Below are positions 18,701 to 28,366 of a stretch of 62,242 bases of DNA, piece by piece. This stretch comes from an uncultured Woeseiaceae bacterium. GTDB taxonomy: Bacteria; Pseudomonadota; Gammaproteobacteria; Steroidobacterales; Woeseiaceae. The position numbers were made by a program, and so were the translations under genes. The notes under the pieces were generated by a model. It did not search any database. It saw only the letters and a program-made list of their open reading frames with translations, and had not been told where the DNA came from. The stretch is from NCBI GenBank assembly GCA_964560775.1, contig CAZLNH010000017.1:1-62242 (forward strand), given 5' to 3'. Position 1 is the first letter of the stretch. Each line of letters opens with the position of its first letter.

Positions 18701-18915
18701 TCATCGGCGTCGCCGCCCCCGCCCGGTCCGCGGCCCGGCGGCGGACCGGAGTCTTCGCCGTCGCCTTCGGACGCTCCCGAACGGTTGATGAATTCGAAAT
18801 TCGCATCTGAGACCACGGCTTTTTGCACGTACTGTGGTTCTTCTTGTGCGCTCGACACAGCTGTGCCCAGTAAAAGCGACAGCAGCCAACAAAAACATTT
18901 ATTCTTTTGACGCAT
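15724..18915 (-). CDS. Large secreted protein with a duplicated unknown domain and C-terminal PKD domain
   Basis: GGAGG RBS, signal peptide; FDGSGSSDPDGSIADYDW...YTARLTVTD PKD motif after a PEPEP linker. Confidence 0.85.
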   Translation of the reverse strand: MRQKNKCFCWLLSLLLGTAVSSAQEEPQYVQKAVVSDANFEFINRSGASEGDGEDSGPPPGRGPGGGGDADDGPGGGSASPVASMEATFSNFELNGIAYAAWQNCRAGTTAMSIDECLQQLIADSNNDGVKSLTELHPGAIGGDTLTFDVTITNTSGPGVVLTAFAFQSKFSESPALGSRIGDKLFSAARVAIDSTAPDPLIGVKKNGTSNGLFGGKIKGICINSSNDYPPELNLGVENETLECTGGRTFVIPDVGSVNPITSEDAPQLQAADGTLIDPGNIKLPKGLLPGESMTMRLLLDAGTDDGALERQPSPDCAADDPTCLASVGPLVGSLANAGIQKAPTAAAECLELDVQNGTDNVLNVVNFGDVKIIRDSDGNCVPSFYPFSKNQFLTVPRRNWGFTDILDTRDDYLPGELPTVLTGHSGKFSMLDHGNLRPGELNFFEILRGFGESGETLDPSCELGGSREGSCGGSPYVPWAEFYTVDGGNLIRREVAGSYYPADYDGEPTIGAGITTDECSPGGGVCKITNVFETPGNVSSGASIGASAEATFSDVVVISDDKATVANEGGQAGGDRVQFTVTIKNTSCPNGESSCSDIYLTSFNFQTKRRGLTDINGLDGTSILGRQDLRTGAGGGLASCGSDPHEAECFDVGLGIGRFPNVIGNSLLSSTFVPDFPGVDGPVVGQLEAIKKNGTFEPLMKSDTGTANFVCIKSGAPSEDQDADETCSGTPGAGLLPGESQSVRIEMDYGDFRGLILKVSPGTLADFVADPDFGLLDQRGDFDCQDQRRLPYCHPSLNGGDDWFTSPTSLTEVEFVTVHQPGEAATVMNFEDNFGFILAMAGFIPTAEFYQGNTQLQVRGEYLLLSGGGSDPGPEPEPDPEPEPEPENQLPNVNIAEPDCTGLTCVFDGSGSSDPDGSIADYDWVFLSGDDETGGAAGAIVEFTFPAAGIYTARLTVTDNAGGSADGETDVTVDEPEEPEGDATLTLATSKDRGLQQVQLNWTGLLGASVDIHRSGSSSGTIVVSNDEEYLDKLNRRGGGTYTYSVCESGSNVCTNSAQAAF

Positions 18916-19146
18916 GGTATTTCCTCCATGACTATTGTTTTTTGTGGCTGGCTTTGTTATGCAAGAGTTGTTCCCACTACAAAAAATATTTGATAAACAA
19001 ACGATTATTGTGCGCGGCAATGTCCGGTACCCTGGAGTTTGTAAGCTTTGTCGACAGGCGGTGTTGCGTTATGTCCAGTGCCTGCCGCTGTATCCGACCT
19101 GTCGTAAAGTCGGCCGGATCGAGGAAGAAGTCCTGCGGACACCCCG

Positions 19147-19929
19147 TCACAGCCCGGCTGCCTGCAGTCCCCATCCGCCCGCCGCGGTCAGCACGACAAC
19201 CAGCCATGGTGGCGCCCCGATCATTGCAAGCAGGCCGAATGCCACCAACCCCAGGACAAGGTCCGAGGCGGACCGGATACCGCTGGTCCAGACCGGGTGG
19301 TAGAGCGCAGCGATCAAGATTCCGACGACGGCGGCGTTAACCCCGAGCAGGGCATCACGCACCGGCCGCCGTTGTCGCAGCGCGTCCCAGAACGGCAGCA
19401 CACCGATTACCAGCAGGAATGACGGAGCAAATATCGAGACGAGACAGATCACGGCAGCCACCCATCCGCCCGGCACGCCTTCCATGACGGCGCCCAGGTA
19501 AGCCGAAAAAGTGAATAACGGGCCGGGTACGGCCTGGGCGGCGCCGTAGCCGGCGAGAAACGTGTCGTCTGACACCCAGCCGGGTGGGACGACTTCAGCC
19601 TGCAGCAACGGCAACACGACATGGCCGCCGCCGAAGACGAGCGAACCGCTGCGAAAAAAGCTGTCGGCCAATGCAATTCCGGTCGACGGGATCGCAATTG
19701 CAAGTAATGGCAGACCCACCAGCAAAACGCAAAACGTGCCGAGCAGCGCGACGGCCAGCGGTTTGCTGACCGCTACGCCAAGGGATTCCGACCCCGGTGA
19801 CGGATCGCTCTTCAGCCACAGGCGGCCACCGGCTGCGCCGGCAGCGATAGCAAAGATCTGGACGATCGGTGTCGCGAGCGTGATTACGACAATTGCGACA
19901 ATTGCAGCGAGCATCCGGCGGCCCGGACA
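19147..19929 (-). pseudogene. chrA: Chromate transporter, C-terminal half only
   Basis: GSLVFGGGHVVLPLL, AQAVPGPLFTFSAYLG, GVNAAVVG; N-terminal half missing. Confidence 0.88.
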
Positions 19930-21668
19930 TCTACACGATCGAGCAGGTTGAAATATTGAAGGGACCGGCTTCAGTACTTTATGGACGCGGTTCGCCCGGT
20001 GGCATCGTCAATGTCGTCAGCAAGGTGCCGCAGGCCGAACGGCAAAGTGAATTGCTGGCGGAGTTCGGCAATTTCGCGCGACGGCAGCTCGCGGGCGACC
20101 TGACCGGCCCGATCGACGAGGAGGGCCGCTGGCTGTACCGGTTCGTCGGTCTGTACCGGGACACCGGGACCCAGGTCAATTTCGTCGATGAAAATGCCGT
20201 GGTCATCGCCCCGTCCTTGACGTGGCGTCCGACGGATGCCAGCCAAATCACGCTGCTCGGCAACTATCAGAAAACCGACAGCGATACCGGAGCGCAGTTC
20301 GTGCCGATAGCAGGCTCGCTGCTGCCGGCGCCCAACGGCGAATTCTTCGACCCGGATGTCTATCTCGGAGAGCCGGAATTCAATCGTTACAATACCGAAA
20401 CACGCTCGCTGTCGTTGCTCGCCGACCATGCGTTGAACGACGTTTTCAGTATCGAGGCTACTGCGCGCATTACGGAGGGCGAGGCGGACTATAACCAGGC
20501 GTGGCCGGCGTTCATCGGCGGCAGCCGGTTTGTCAGTAACCCAGATGGCAGCCTGTACGAGGGCGGCCGGATACCGCGCTCGTTTTAGCTGAGTGATGCG
20601 ACATCCGAGCAACACGCGATCGATGTTCGCGTGCGTGCGGCGTTCTCGGCCGGACGCTTCGAGCATGAGATCCTGATGGGTGCACAGTACCAGCAGGTCA
20701 CGACGGACAACGATACATCCTACAACTACGCCATGGGTTACGACTTCTCGGCGGATCCTGCGAACTGGGACGACCGATATTGGATCAACCCGTTTAATCC
20801 GGTGTATGGCAGCGTGCCCGCATTGTCGGAACTACTGCCCGTGAGCGATGTGCCGGAGGCGGTCACAACCGATCGCGGCATCTATCTCAGCGACCAGATC
20901 CTTATCGACAACTGGCGCATAACTTTGGGCATTCGCGCCGATGATGCCGATACCGATACCGGCAGCGCGAAGCAGGAGGATACCGCGGTCAGCTCGAGCG
21001 CCGGCGTGCTATACCAGTTTGACAACGGCCTGTCGCCATACGCCAGCTTGGCCGAATCTTTCGATCCGGTTGTCGGCACCGACAACATCACAGGCGCGCC
21101 GCTGAAGCCGCGCGAAGGGCGCCAGTACGAAGCCGGTCTGAAGTACCAGTTTCCGCAATCGCCTGCCTGGGTCACGCTGGCCTGGTTCGACATCCGGCAA
21201 AGCAACCTGCCGAATCCGAATTCGCTGCCGTCAGCACCGTCGCAGCAGGAGGGCGTGGCGCGCATCGACGGGTACGAACTCGCGGGCTTTCTCGTGATCG
21301 GCGAAGTCACTGTGGATGCCAGCGTCAGTGCGCTCGAAACGCGCGATCCGAACGGCTTTCGTCTGGCCAGCGTGCCGGATCGCCAGGCATCCGCTTGGCT
21401 GAGCTGGCGGCCCGGGGGCGCGCAGGGCTTTAGGGCCGGACTTGGTTTACGCTACGTCGGCGACAGTCAGGACGGTGCCGATGCGCTGCAAACGCCGTCG
21501 TATACGCTCGCGGACCTGATGGTGGGCTACGCAACACAGTCGTGGGACGTTGCAGTGAATCTGCGGAACGTCGCGGACAAACAGTACTTTGCCACCTGCC
21601 TGGCGCGGGGTGACTGCTTCCCCGGCGAGCGGCGTACCGTCGTTGGCAGAGTCTCGCTGCGGTTCTGA
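19923..21668 (+). pseudogene. TonB-dependent siderophore receptor, 5'-truncated with an in-frame stop
   Basis: IEQVEILKGPASVLYG plug motif; TAG at 20586-20588 in frame with 20631-21668; C-terminal F. Confidence 0.88.
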
Positions 21669-22216
21669 TGGTCATCTCGATTCTTGCTGCCGCGTGCGGT
21701 GTCGGCGCGCTGTATGCATCGTGGCGCGGCTTCTTTCGGCGGAAGGCTGCGGTCAACCTGGCGGGCTGGGTGATGATCGGCGTATCCGTAATGCTCTGGA
21801 TGCGGGTGACCGGCGTGGAGTTCGGCCTGGTTATCGCATTTCTTGTCTTGCCGCTGCTCGCCTGGGTTGCCGTGCTGGTCAATACGGAAGTTCGAGCCGT
21901 GAAGGCGGCGCGAATACAGCCAGCGGATTCCGGAGTACGGAGCGTGCCGGCAGTAATGCGCCATCTCGCTCTTTTTGTCGGAACGGTGCCCGTTGCGGCG
22001 CTTGCCAGCGCGTTGCTGGCCATGACGCTTGCCCAATTGCTGCCGCTTGACGTCGTTGACCGTATGGCTTTTGGCGTACTGGCCGTACCCGTCCTCTGGG
22101 GACTCCTTGCCTGGTGGATTAGTATCGATGCGCGGCCGTTACGGCCGACCGCCGGTGTCGCGGTGCTCGTCGCCTCGTGCGCGCTAGTTCTCTACGGTTG
22201 CACAACGGCAACATGA
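21668..22216 (+). CDS. Membrane protein (iron-uptake operon associated)
   Basis: Several TM helices; coupled to the receptor and PepSY genes. Confidence 0.75.
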   Translation: MVISILAAACGVGALYASWRGFFRRKAAVNLAGWVMIGVSVMLWMRVTGVEFGLVIAFLVLPLLAWVAVLVNTEVRAVKAARIQPADSGVRSVPAVMRHLALFVGTVPVAALASALLAMTLAQLLPLDVVDRMAFGVLAVPVLWGLLAWWISIDARPLRPTAGVAVLVASCALVLYGCTTAT

Positions 22217-23673
22217 TTCTGTCAACTGCGTTCGTGCGCCAGTCGCTCGCCGGGCATTCGTGGCTGGGCGTGATGGCCGGTGCGCTGATGTATCTCGTCT
22301 GCCTGAGCGGCACGCTCGCCGTTTTCTTCGAGGAGTTCGAACGCTGGGAACAGCCTTATGCACCGGAATTCGCGACCTACGATGCGGCAGGAATCGACGA
22401 GACCTTTAACGACTATCTTGAGAGCGATGCCGAAGTAACGCCGCATATGTATGTCGTGTTACCGACAGACGCCGTCCCGCGTGCCCGTATAGCAACAGAG
22501 AACGAAAGCTGGTTCCTGAATCCCGACGGGACGATCGCCGCGCCGGAGAAAAACCAGTGGACGGAGATGCTGCTGGACTTGCATCTCTACCTGCATTTGC
22601 CAAAGTCGTGGGGCATGCTGGTCGTAAGCGCACTCGGCGCCATACTGGTAGCGCTAATCGTGTCCGGCCTGTTTGCCCATCCGCGTATTTTTTGCGACGC
22701 GTTCAGCTTGCGCACCGGGGGTTCCCGGCACCTGGAACAGGCGGATCTTCACAATCGCTTGAGCGTCTGGGGCGCACCGTTTCACCTGATGATAGCGATC
22801 ACCGGCGCCTGGTTCGGACTGGCATTGCCGTTTCTCGCCCTGGCCTCACATTCCTGGTTCGATGGTGACAGCCAGGCGGCAATTGAAACAGTTTTCGGAA
22901 CAGAACCGGAACTGGCAGCCGATCCGGGCCGCGTCCGGATTGCGAAGGCCTTGCGCGAGACCGGGAGGCTGGCACCCGACGCCGAGCCGTTGTTTATTGT
23001 TGTGCACGATGCCGGCGAACCCGGGCAATATATCAGCGTCGCGGCATCGCAACCCGGGCGGCTGATCTATTCGGAAAATTACCTGTTCGATGCGGACGGC
23101 CAGTTTTTACGCACCGACGGTTTCTCAGATGGTGCCGCGGGCAAACAGGTGCTGTATTCAATCTACCGGCTGCACTTCGGCCATTTTGCAGGGCCGGCCG
23201 TCAAGATCCTCTACGGCTTACTTGGTCTCGCGTTGACGGTGGTTGCCGTGACCGGCATCAATGTCTGGCTCGCTCGCCGCAGACGCCGCGATTATCTTGC
23301 GCGCCTGTGGGCCGGCATCGTATGGGGTGTCCCGCTGGCACTTGCAACCGCAGCTGCCGTGCAAATAGCACTGGGATACTTTGCCGTGGCAGTCTTCTGG
23401 CTGGTGTTGCTCGCAGCTGCACTTTACGGCGTGGCGGCAAGCGACGACGCGTGCATCGCGCGCGCTTTACGGCGCGCCTGCGGCGCTGCGCTGCTGCTGG
23501 TGGTGACGATACACGTGATCCGATTCGGCGGCGATTCCTTGCAGGGTATGCCGGCTATTTTAAATGCCGCGCTCATGCTGGCCGCGGCAGCGTTACTGCC
23601 ACGCCGTTATCCCATCGAACGACAGGCGGACAATCAATTACTGGCGTCAACGCAAGGTGACGGAACGCGCTAA
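22213..23673 (+). CDS. PepSY-associated TM helix domain protein
   Basis: HSWLG, LHLYLHLP, DLHNRLSVWG-PFH, LHFGHF His motifs. Confidence 0.88.
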   Translation: MILSTAFVRQSLAGHSWLGVMAGALMYLVCLSGTLAVFFEEFERWEQPYAPEFATYDAAGIDETFNDYLESDAEVTPHMYVVLPTDAVPRARIATENESWFLNPDGTIAAPEKNQWTEMLLDLHLYLHLPKSWGMLVVSALGAILVALIVSGLFAHPRIFCDAFSLRTGGSRHLEQADLHNRLSVWGAPFHLMIAITGAWFGLALPFLALASHSWFDGDSQAAIETVFGTEPELAADPGRVRIAKALRETGRLAPDAEPLFIVVHDAGEPGQYISVAASQPGRLIYSENYLFDADGQFLRTDGFSDGAAGKQVLYSIYRLHFGHFAGPAVKILYGLLGLALTVVAVTGINVWLARRRRRDYLARLWAGIVWGVPLALATAAAVQIALGYFAVAVFWLVLLAAALYGVAASDDACIARALRRACGAALLLVVTIHVIRFGGDSLQGMPAILNAALMLAAAALLPRRYPIERQADNQLLASTQGDGTR

Positions 23674-26177
23674 CGTAAACGTGCGGCGATATCGTCGAGC
23701 GTCCCGCTCAACGCAGTTAACTGTTCCTGTACGCTATCAGCCGAATCCCCGCCGGACCGTCGCAAGGCAACAGCCTGTCTCGCGAGCCCGCGGGCAAGCG
23801 ATGTATCGGTGCCACCTGACGACAGCACGGATTCGGCCCGGTCGAGCGCATCGCGCAGTTCGCGCTGCATGTCGTCGCCCAGGTTTCCGCCGCGTTGCAA
23901 CTGATCCATCCTCGCCCTCGCAACAACCGGCTCTGCCGGCCAGTCGATGCGGAACTGCTGTTGCGGGTTGAACACCTGGCCGCCCTGGCTGGCGAGTGCG
24001 GCATCAATCTCGTTTTGCGTCAGGAACTCACTTGGTGTCAGTGCGAGCACATCGAGTCCGCGCGTCGTCTCGGTGGCGTAGATAAGATCGTCGTACCAGT
24101 ACACGGACCAGTAACCGCCGAATACCAGCTCATCCTTGTGGATCGGGCCGCGATCAAAGTAGGCAATTTCGACCGGGTTGGCCGAGTCGGTGAAGTCCAT
24201 GATCGAGATGCCGCCCTGGTACCAGGCCTGCACAAAAAGATCGCGTCCCGGCACTGGCACGATTGACCCGTTGTGCGCGACGCAATTTTCCTGCTCGGCC
24301 TGCGGTGCCGGCAACTTGTAGTAGCTCTGGAATTCCAGCTTGTTGTCTACGATATTGTAAATCGCATTGGCGCCCCACGTCAGCGGGTCGGATGCCCGGC
24401 AGCGCGCGCGGCTGCCACCGCCCCATTCGTCAGTGAACAGAACCTTGGTACCGTCATTGTTGAATGTTGCTGAATGCCAGTACGCAAATGACGGGTCCAC
24501 GACCTCATGGATGCGGGTCGGGTTCAGTGGGTCGGAAATATCAAACAGGATACCGTTGCCGGAGCAGGCGCCGGCTGCGATGCCGAGCTCCGGGAATACC
24601 GTAATGTCATGGCAGTGATCCGTCTCGCTGGTTTCCTGCGTGTCATCGCCGTGATCGCCGCCGCCCCACAGTCCGGCAATAGAACCGGATTCCGGATCGG
24701 CAAACACGGTGGGGCTCGCAATGATGCGGGCTTTCGACGGATTGTCGATCGGGATCTCGATAACGTCGATGCGGAACAGCGCCGTCTGGTCATCGCGGTA
24801 CGGCGGCTCGTCCAGGCAGCCTTCCATCTCTTCCTCGTCGCGGACCGAGCTGGTGCCGGAGTTGTAGACGATCAGTTTGCCATCATCGCCGGGGCCCGAG
24901 ACGACCGAGTGGGTGTGTGAACCGCGGCAGGTCTGCACGGCGCCAACCTGCACTGGCATCTCCAGGTCACTGATATCAAAGATGCGCAAGCCGCGGAAGC
25001 GTTCTTCACTGACGGTCTCCGCTATGCCCTGCAGGCCGCAGTCCAGCCGTCCGCGTGTCTGTTCGACTGACATCAACAGCAGGTCGCCGGCAATCGAGAC
25101 ATCTCCCTGGCCGCCGGGACAGACTACTGAACTAAGCAACTGCGGAGTATCGCGATCGCTGATATCGTAGATGTTGAAGCCATGATAGTTGCCTGCCACG
25201 AGCACGTCGCCGCTAAAAGCGAGGTCGGTGTTCGTAAAGCTCATAAGCGGTGCGCGGCTGTCATCCTCTTCGTCGTCAGTTGCGTAGTCTGTTCCGTCGT
25301 CCGCTACGTCGTCGGTTGTGTCGTCTTCGTCCTCAGCGTCGTCGTCGTCACCGTCACCGTAACCGGCCTCTTCGTCGGGGTACAGAATGCTGAGCGGCAA
25401 TTCGGCGGGGTTGTCCGGATCAAAAAAACCGGCCGGCCGCGCCAGCGTCGTGACGAGGTCCAGGTTCCATATCGCTTCGCCGGCATCAGTATAGCCAGCG
25501 GTCAATGTCGCTCGCGGATCGGGCGAGAAGCCGGCGAGCATGTCGCTCATGCGCTCGATCTCGGTCGATTGGTCATTGGTAATGTCGGTTGTGAACTCGA
25601 AAAGCACCGGTTCGTATACCGCGCCGTCCTGCTCGAGCAGGTCTTCCACCATCGTCAGGGCACCTTTGTGGTGCTCGATCATCAGCGTCAGGAAAATTGC
25701 GTCGAAGGTCGCGCCGCGCGATTGCTCGAGCTGCGTCATCTCCTCGCGGGTCGCCATGCCGGCCATGCTGTGGCCAGTATGTGCAGTGTGGTGGGCTGCC
25801 GGATCCGGGACGTTTTCACCCCGTTCGCGCAGCCAGTCCTGCATGAATGCGATCTCGTCCTTTTGTGAGGCTTCGATGCGATCGGCCACCTCGATCAGTT
25901 CATTGCGGCTGGTACGGTCGGCCACGAGCCACGACATCTCGAGTGCCTGGTAATGGTGGGCAATCATGTCCTGCATGAACTTTGCGTCGGCCGCCGAATG
26001 GCTGGCGGCGGCGAGCTCTGCTGCCTCGTCGGCACTCAGCAGCCGGCTTGGCTCGCCGGGTGCGCCAGGATTGACGATGGGCGCCTGTGCCATGCTGGTG
26101 GCGGCCCACAGGGATGTGAGCACGTACAGGAGCAGGGTCCGGCATGCCGGGCGTAACAAATAATTAATTGAAGTCAT
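23670..26177 (-). CDS. DUF305 plus LVIVD-repeat secreted protein
   Basis: FMQDMIAHHYQA and LMIEHHKGAL (DUF305); CPGGQGDVS, CRGSHTH, CHDIT, WHSATF propeller motifs. Confidence 0.85.
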   Translation of the reverse strand: MTSINYLLRPACRTLLLYVLTSLWAATSMAQAPIVNPGAPGEPSRLLSADEAAELAAASHSAADAKFMQDMIAHHYQALEMSWLVADRTSRNELIEVADRIEASQKDEIAFMQDWLRERGENVPDPAAHHTAHTGHSMAGMATREEMTQLEQSRGATFDAIFLTLMIEHHKGALTMVEDLLEQDGAVYEPVLFEFTTDITNDQSTEIERMSDMLAGFSPDPRATLTAGYTDAGEAIWNLDLVTTLARPAGFFDPDNPAELPLSILYPDEEAGYGDGDDDDAEDEDDTTDDVADDGTDYATDDEEDDSRAPLMSFTNTDLAFSGDVLVAGNYHGFNIYDISDRDTPQLLSSVVCPGGQGDVSIAGDLLLMSVEQTRGRLDCGLQGIAETVSEERFRGLRIFDISDLEMPVQVGAVQTCRGSHTHSVVSGPGDDGKLIVYNSGTSSVRDEEEMEGCLDEPPYRDDQTALFRIDVIEIPIDNPSKARIIASPTVFADPESGSIAGLWGGGDHGDDTQETSETDHCHDITVFPELGIAAGACSGNGILFDISDPLNPTRIHEVVDPSFAYWHSATFNNDGTKVLFTDEWGGGSRARCRASDPLTWGANAIYNIVDNKLEFQSYYKLPAPQAEQENCVAHNGSIVPVPGRDLFVQAWYQGGISIMDFTDSANPVEIAYFDRGPIHKDELVFGGYWSVYWYDDLIYATETTRGLDVLALTPSEFLTQNEIDAALASQGGQVFNPQQQFRIDWPAEPVVARARMDQLQRGGNLGDDMQRELRDALDRAESVLSSGGTDTSLARGLARQAVALRRSGGDSADSVQEQLTALSGTLDDIAARLR

Positions 26178-26424
26178 CGGTACCTGTCTTTATTGTTGCA
26201 TCTGCAATTAATGAATGTCGGCTGAAAATTTTCGGCGGCCGGCGTTAAGGTGAGGCAGGGGAATATAAACGGCTAGCGTCCTGTCCTGCAAATAACCGGT
26301 ACAAGTCCGCAGCGGACCTTCCTGTCTGGCAAGTTGCGACGAGCCGCAACGCGGCCAAACGCGCGAAGACGCTCCGGCTTGTTCCGGTTTTTGCAGGACG
26401 GGACACCATGTCCCGGGAGGACAA

Positions 26425-28248
26425 ATGAAATATCACAAAAGTTTACTGATTTCGATAATGCTGTTCCTCGCAGCATGTGGTGATTCTGCGCAATCGCCCG
26501 GCGCGGACGACGCAGGGCAGGCCACAACGGAAGCGCAGGAGGTCAGTGATGCTGCGATGGAACTGTCGTCTCTCGTTGACGCGTATTTTGATCGCGTGTT
26601 GGAGTTGAATCCGCTGTATGCCACGTTCATTGGCGACAATCGCTACAATGATCGTCTTGCCAACACGCTGGGCGCCGAGTACCGGCAGCAGGAAGAAGCG
26701 CTGAATCTTGAATACCTCGACCGGGTCGCGGCAATCGATGCCAGCCAATTGACCGGCCAGGACCGACTGACGTATGAAACGTTTCGCTACGACCTTGAGC
26801 TGGAACTGGAAGGAACTCGCTACCCGGCCCACTTGCAGCCCATCAACCAGTTCTACTCGATCACCAGCACATTCGTGCAGCTTGGCAGCGGCAGCAGTGT
26901 TCATCCTTTCAAGACGGTGGACGATTACGAAGACTTCCTTTCCCGTATTGATGATTTTGTCGTTGTTGTCGACCAGGCTATAGCCAACATGAAGGAGGGC
27001 ATGGAGCGGGGTGTAGTACAGCCGCGCATCCTGATGGAAAAAACCGTGCCTCAGCTGGAGTCACAGATTACGGACGACGTTGCGGACAGCACGTTCTTTT
27101 TACCCATCAGCAATATGCCGGAGGACTTCAGTGAAGAAGATCGCGAGCGGCTGTCACAGGCCTATCGTGCTGCTATCGCTGACCAGATAGTCCCGGCGTA
27201 CGAGCGGTTGCGAAATTTCATTTCCGATGACTACCTGGCGGCAGCGCGAGATACGGTTGGGCTCAAGGCCCTGCCGGGCGGCGCAGGCTGGTACCAGTAC
27301 ATGGTGAAATTGCGTACGACCACCAGCATGACGCCGGAACAGGTTCACCAGGTTGGCCTCGATGAAGTAGAACGCATTCACGAGGAAATGAGGGCGGTGA
27401 TGCAGCAGGTCGGATTCGATGGAACCCTGGAGGAATTTTTCGAGTTCCTGAATACGGATGACCAGTTCTACTACGACAAGCCCGAGCAGCTGATCCAGGG
27501 CTATCGCGACATGTCGGATCACATCGAAAGCCTGGCACCCAAATTGTTCAACGTCTTTCCAAAGGCAGACTTTGAAGTCCGGGCGGTGGAACCGTTCCGG
27601 GAACAATCGGCCAGCGGCGGTTCATACCGCCGCGGTTCGCCGGATGGCTCGCGGCCCGGTGTCTTCTTTGCGAATACCTACGACATCAAGGCGCGCCCCA
27701 AGTGGGCTATGGAATCGCTGTTCCTGCACGAGGCCATTCCCGGCCACCATTTCCAGCTGTCGATACAGCAGGAACTGCCGGACCTGCCGCGTTTCCGGCG
27801 CTTTGGAGGCTACACGGCCTACATTGAAGGCTGGGGCCTGTACGCCGAGTCACTGGGCAAGGAGCTCGGCGTCTACACGGACCCGTACCAGTACTTCGGT
27901 GCGCTGAATGCCGAGCTATGGCGCGCGATCCGCCTTGTCGTCGATACGGGTCTTCATGACCAGGGCTGGAGCCGGCAGGATGTCCTCGATTATATGTACG
28001 AGAATTCGGCGGTCAAGGAAGCCCGCGCCGTAAGTGAAGCCGAGCGCTACATGGCAATTCCCGGCCAGGCGCTCGCCTACAAGATCGGCCAGTTGAAAAT
28101 CCGTGAACTCAGGGACAGGGCCGAGCACAGCCTCGGTGACGGGTTCGATGTAAAGGCATTTCACACCGAAGTGCTTGTCGACGGGCCGCTGCCACTCGAA
28201 CTCCTCGAGAGGAAGATCGACCGCTGGATTGATTCCCGGCAATCGTAG
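26425..28248 (+). CDS. DUF885-family lipoprotein (metallopeptidase-like)
   Basis: Lipobox LAAC; HEAIPGHH, EGWGLYAE, RLVVDTG, PGQALAYKIG. Confidence 0.92.
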   Translation: MKYHKSLLISIMLFLAACGDSAQSPGADDAGQATTEAQEVSDAAMELSSLVDAYFDRVLELNPLYATFIGDNRYNDRLANTLGAEYRQQEEALNLEYLDRVAAIDASQLTGQDRLTYETFRYDLELELEGTRYPAHLQPINQFYSITSTFVQLGSGSSVHPFKTVDDYEDFLSRIDDFVVVVDQAIANMKEGMERGVVQPRILMEKTVPQLESQITDDVADSTFFLPISNMPEDFSEEDRERLSQAYRAAIADQIVPAYERLRNFISDDYLAAARDTVGLKALPGGAGWYQYMVKLRTTTSMTPEQVHQVGLDEVERIHEEMRAVMQQVGFDGTLEEFFEFLNTDDQFYYDKPEQLIQGYRDMSDHIESLAPKLFNVFPKADFEVRAVEPFREQSASGGSYRRGSPDGSRPGVFFANTYDIKARPKWAMESLFLHEAIPGHHFQLSIQQELPDLPRFRRFGGYTAYIEGWGLYAESLGKELGVYTDPYQYFGALNAELWRAIRLVVDTGLHDQGWSRQDVLDYMYENSAVKEARAVSEAERYMAIPGQALAYKIGQLKIRELRDRAEHSLGDGFDVKAFHTEVLVDGPLPLELLERKIDRWIDSRQS

Positions 28249-28366
28249 TATCGGGCGGGTTGCCGTTTACGGCATACCGTCACAGACGGGAGCTGCCGCG
28301 TTTGTTACATTAGTGTGACATTCATGGGTATTCGCTGGCACCCCGCGAAGCCGACGGCACGACGCT

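Noticed and set aside
20586-20588. TAG as pyrrolysine or programmed readthrough
   Set aside because: The gene is already 5'-deleted and no pyl genes are seen; a nonsense mutation is simpler.
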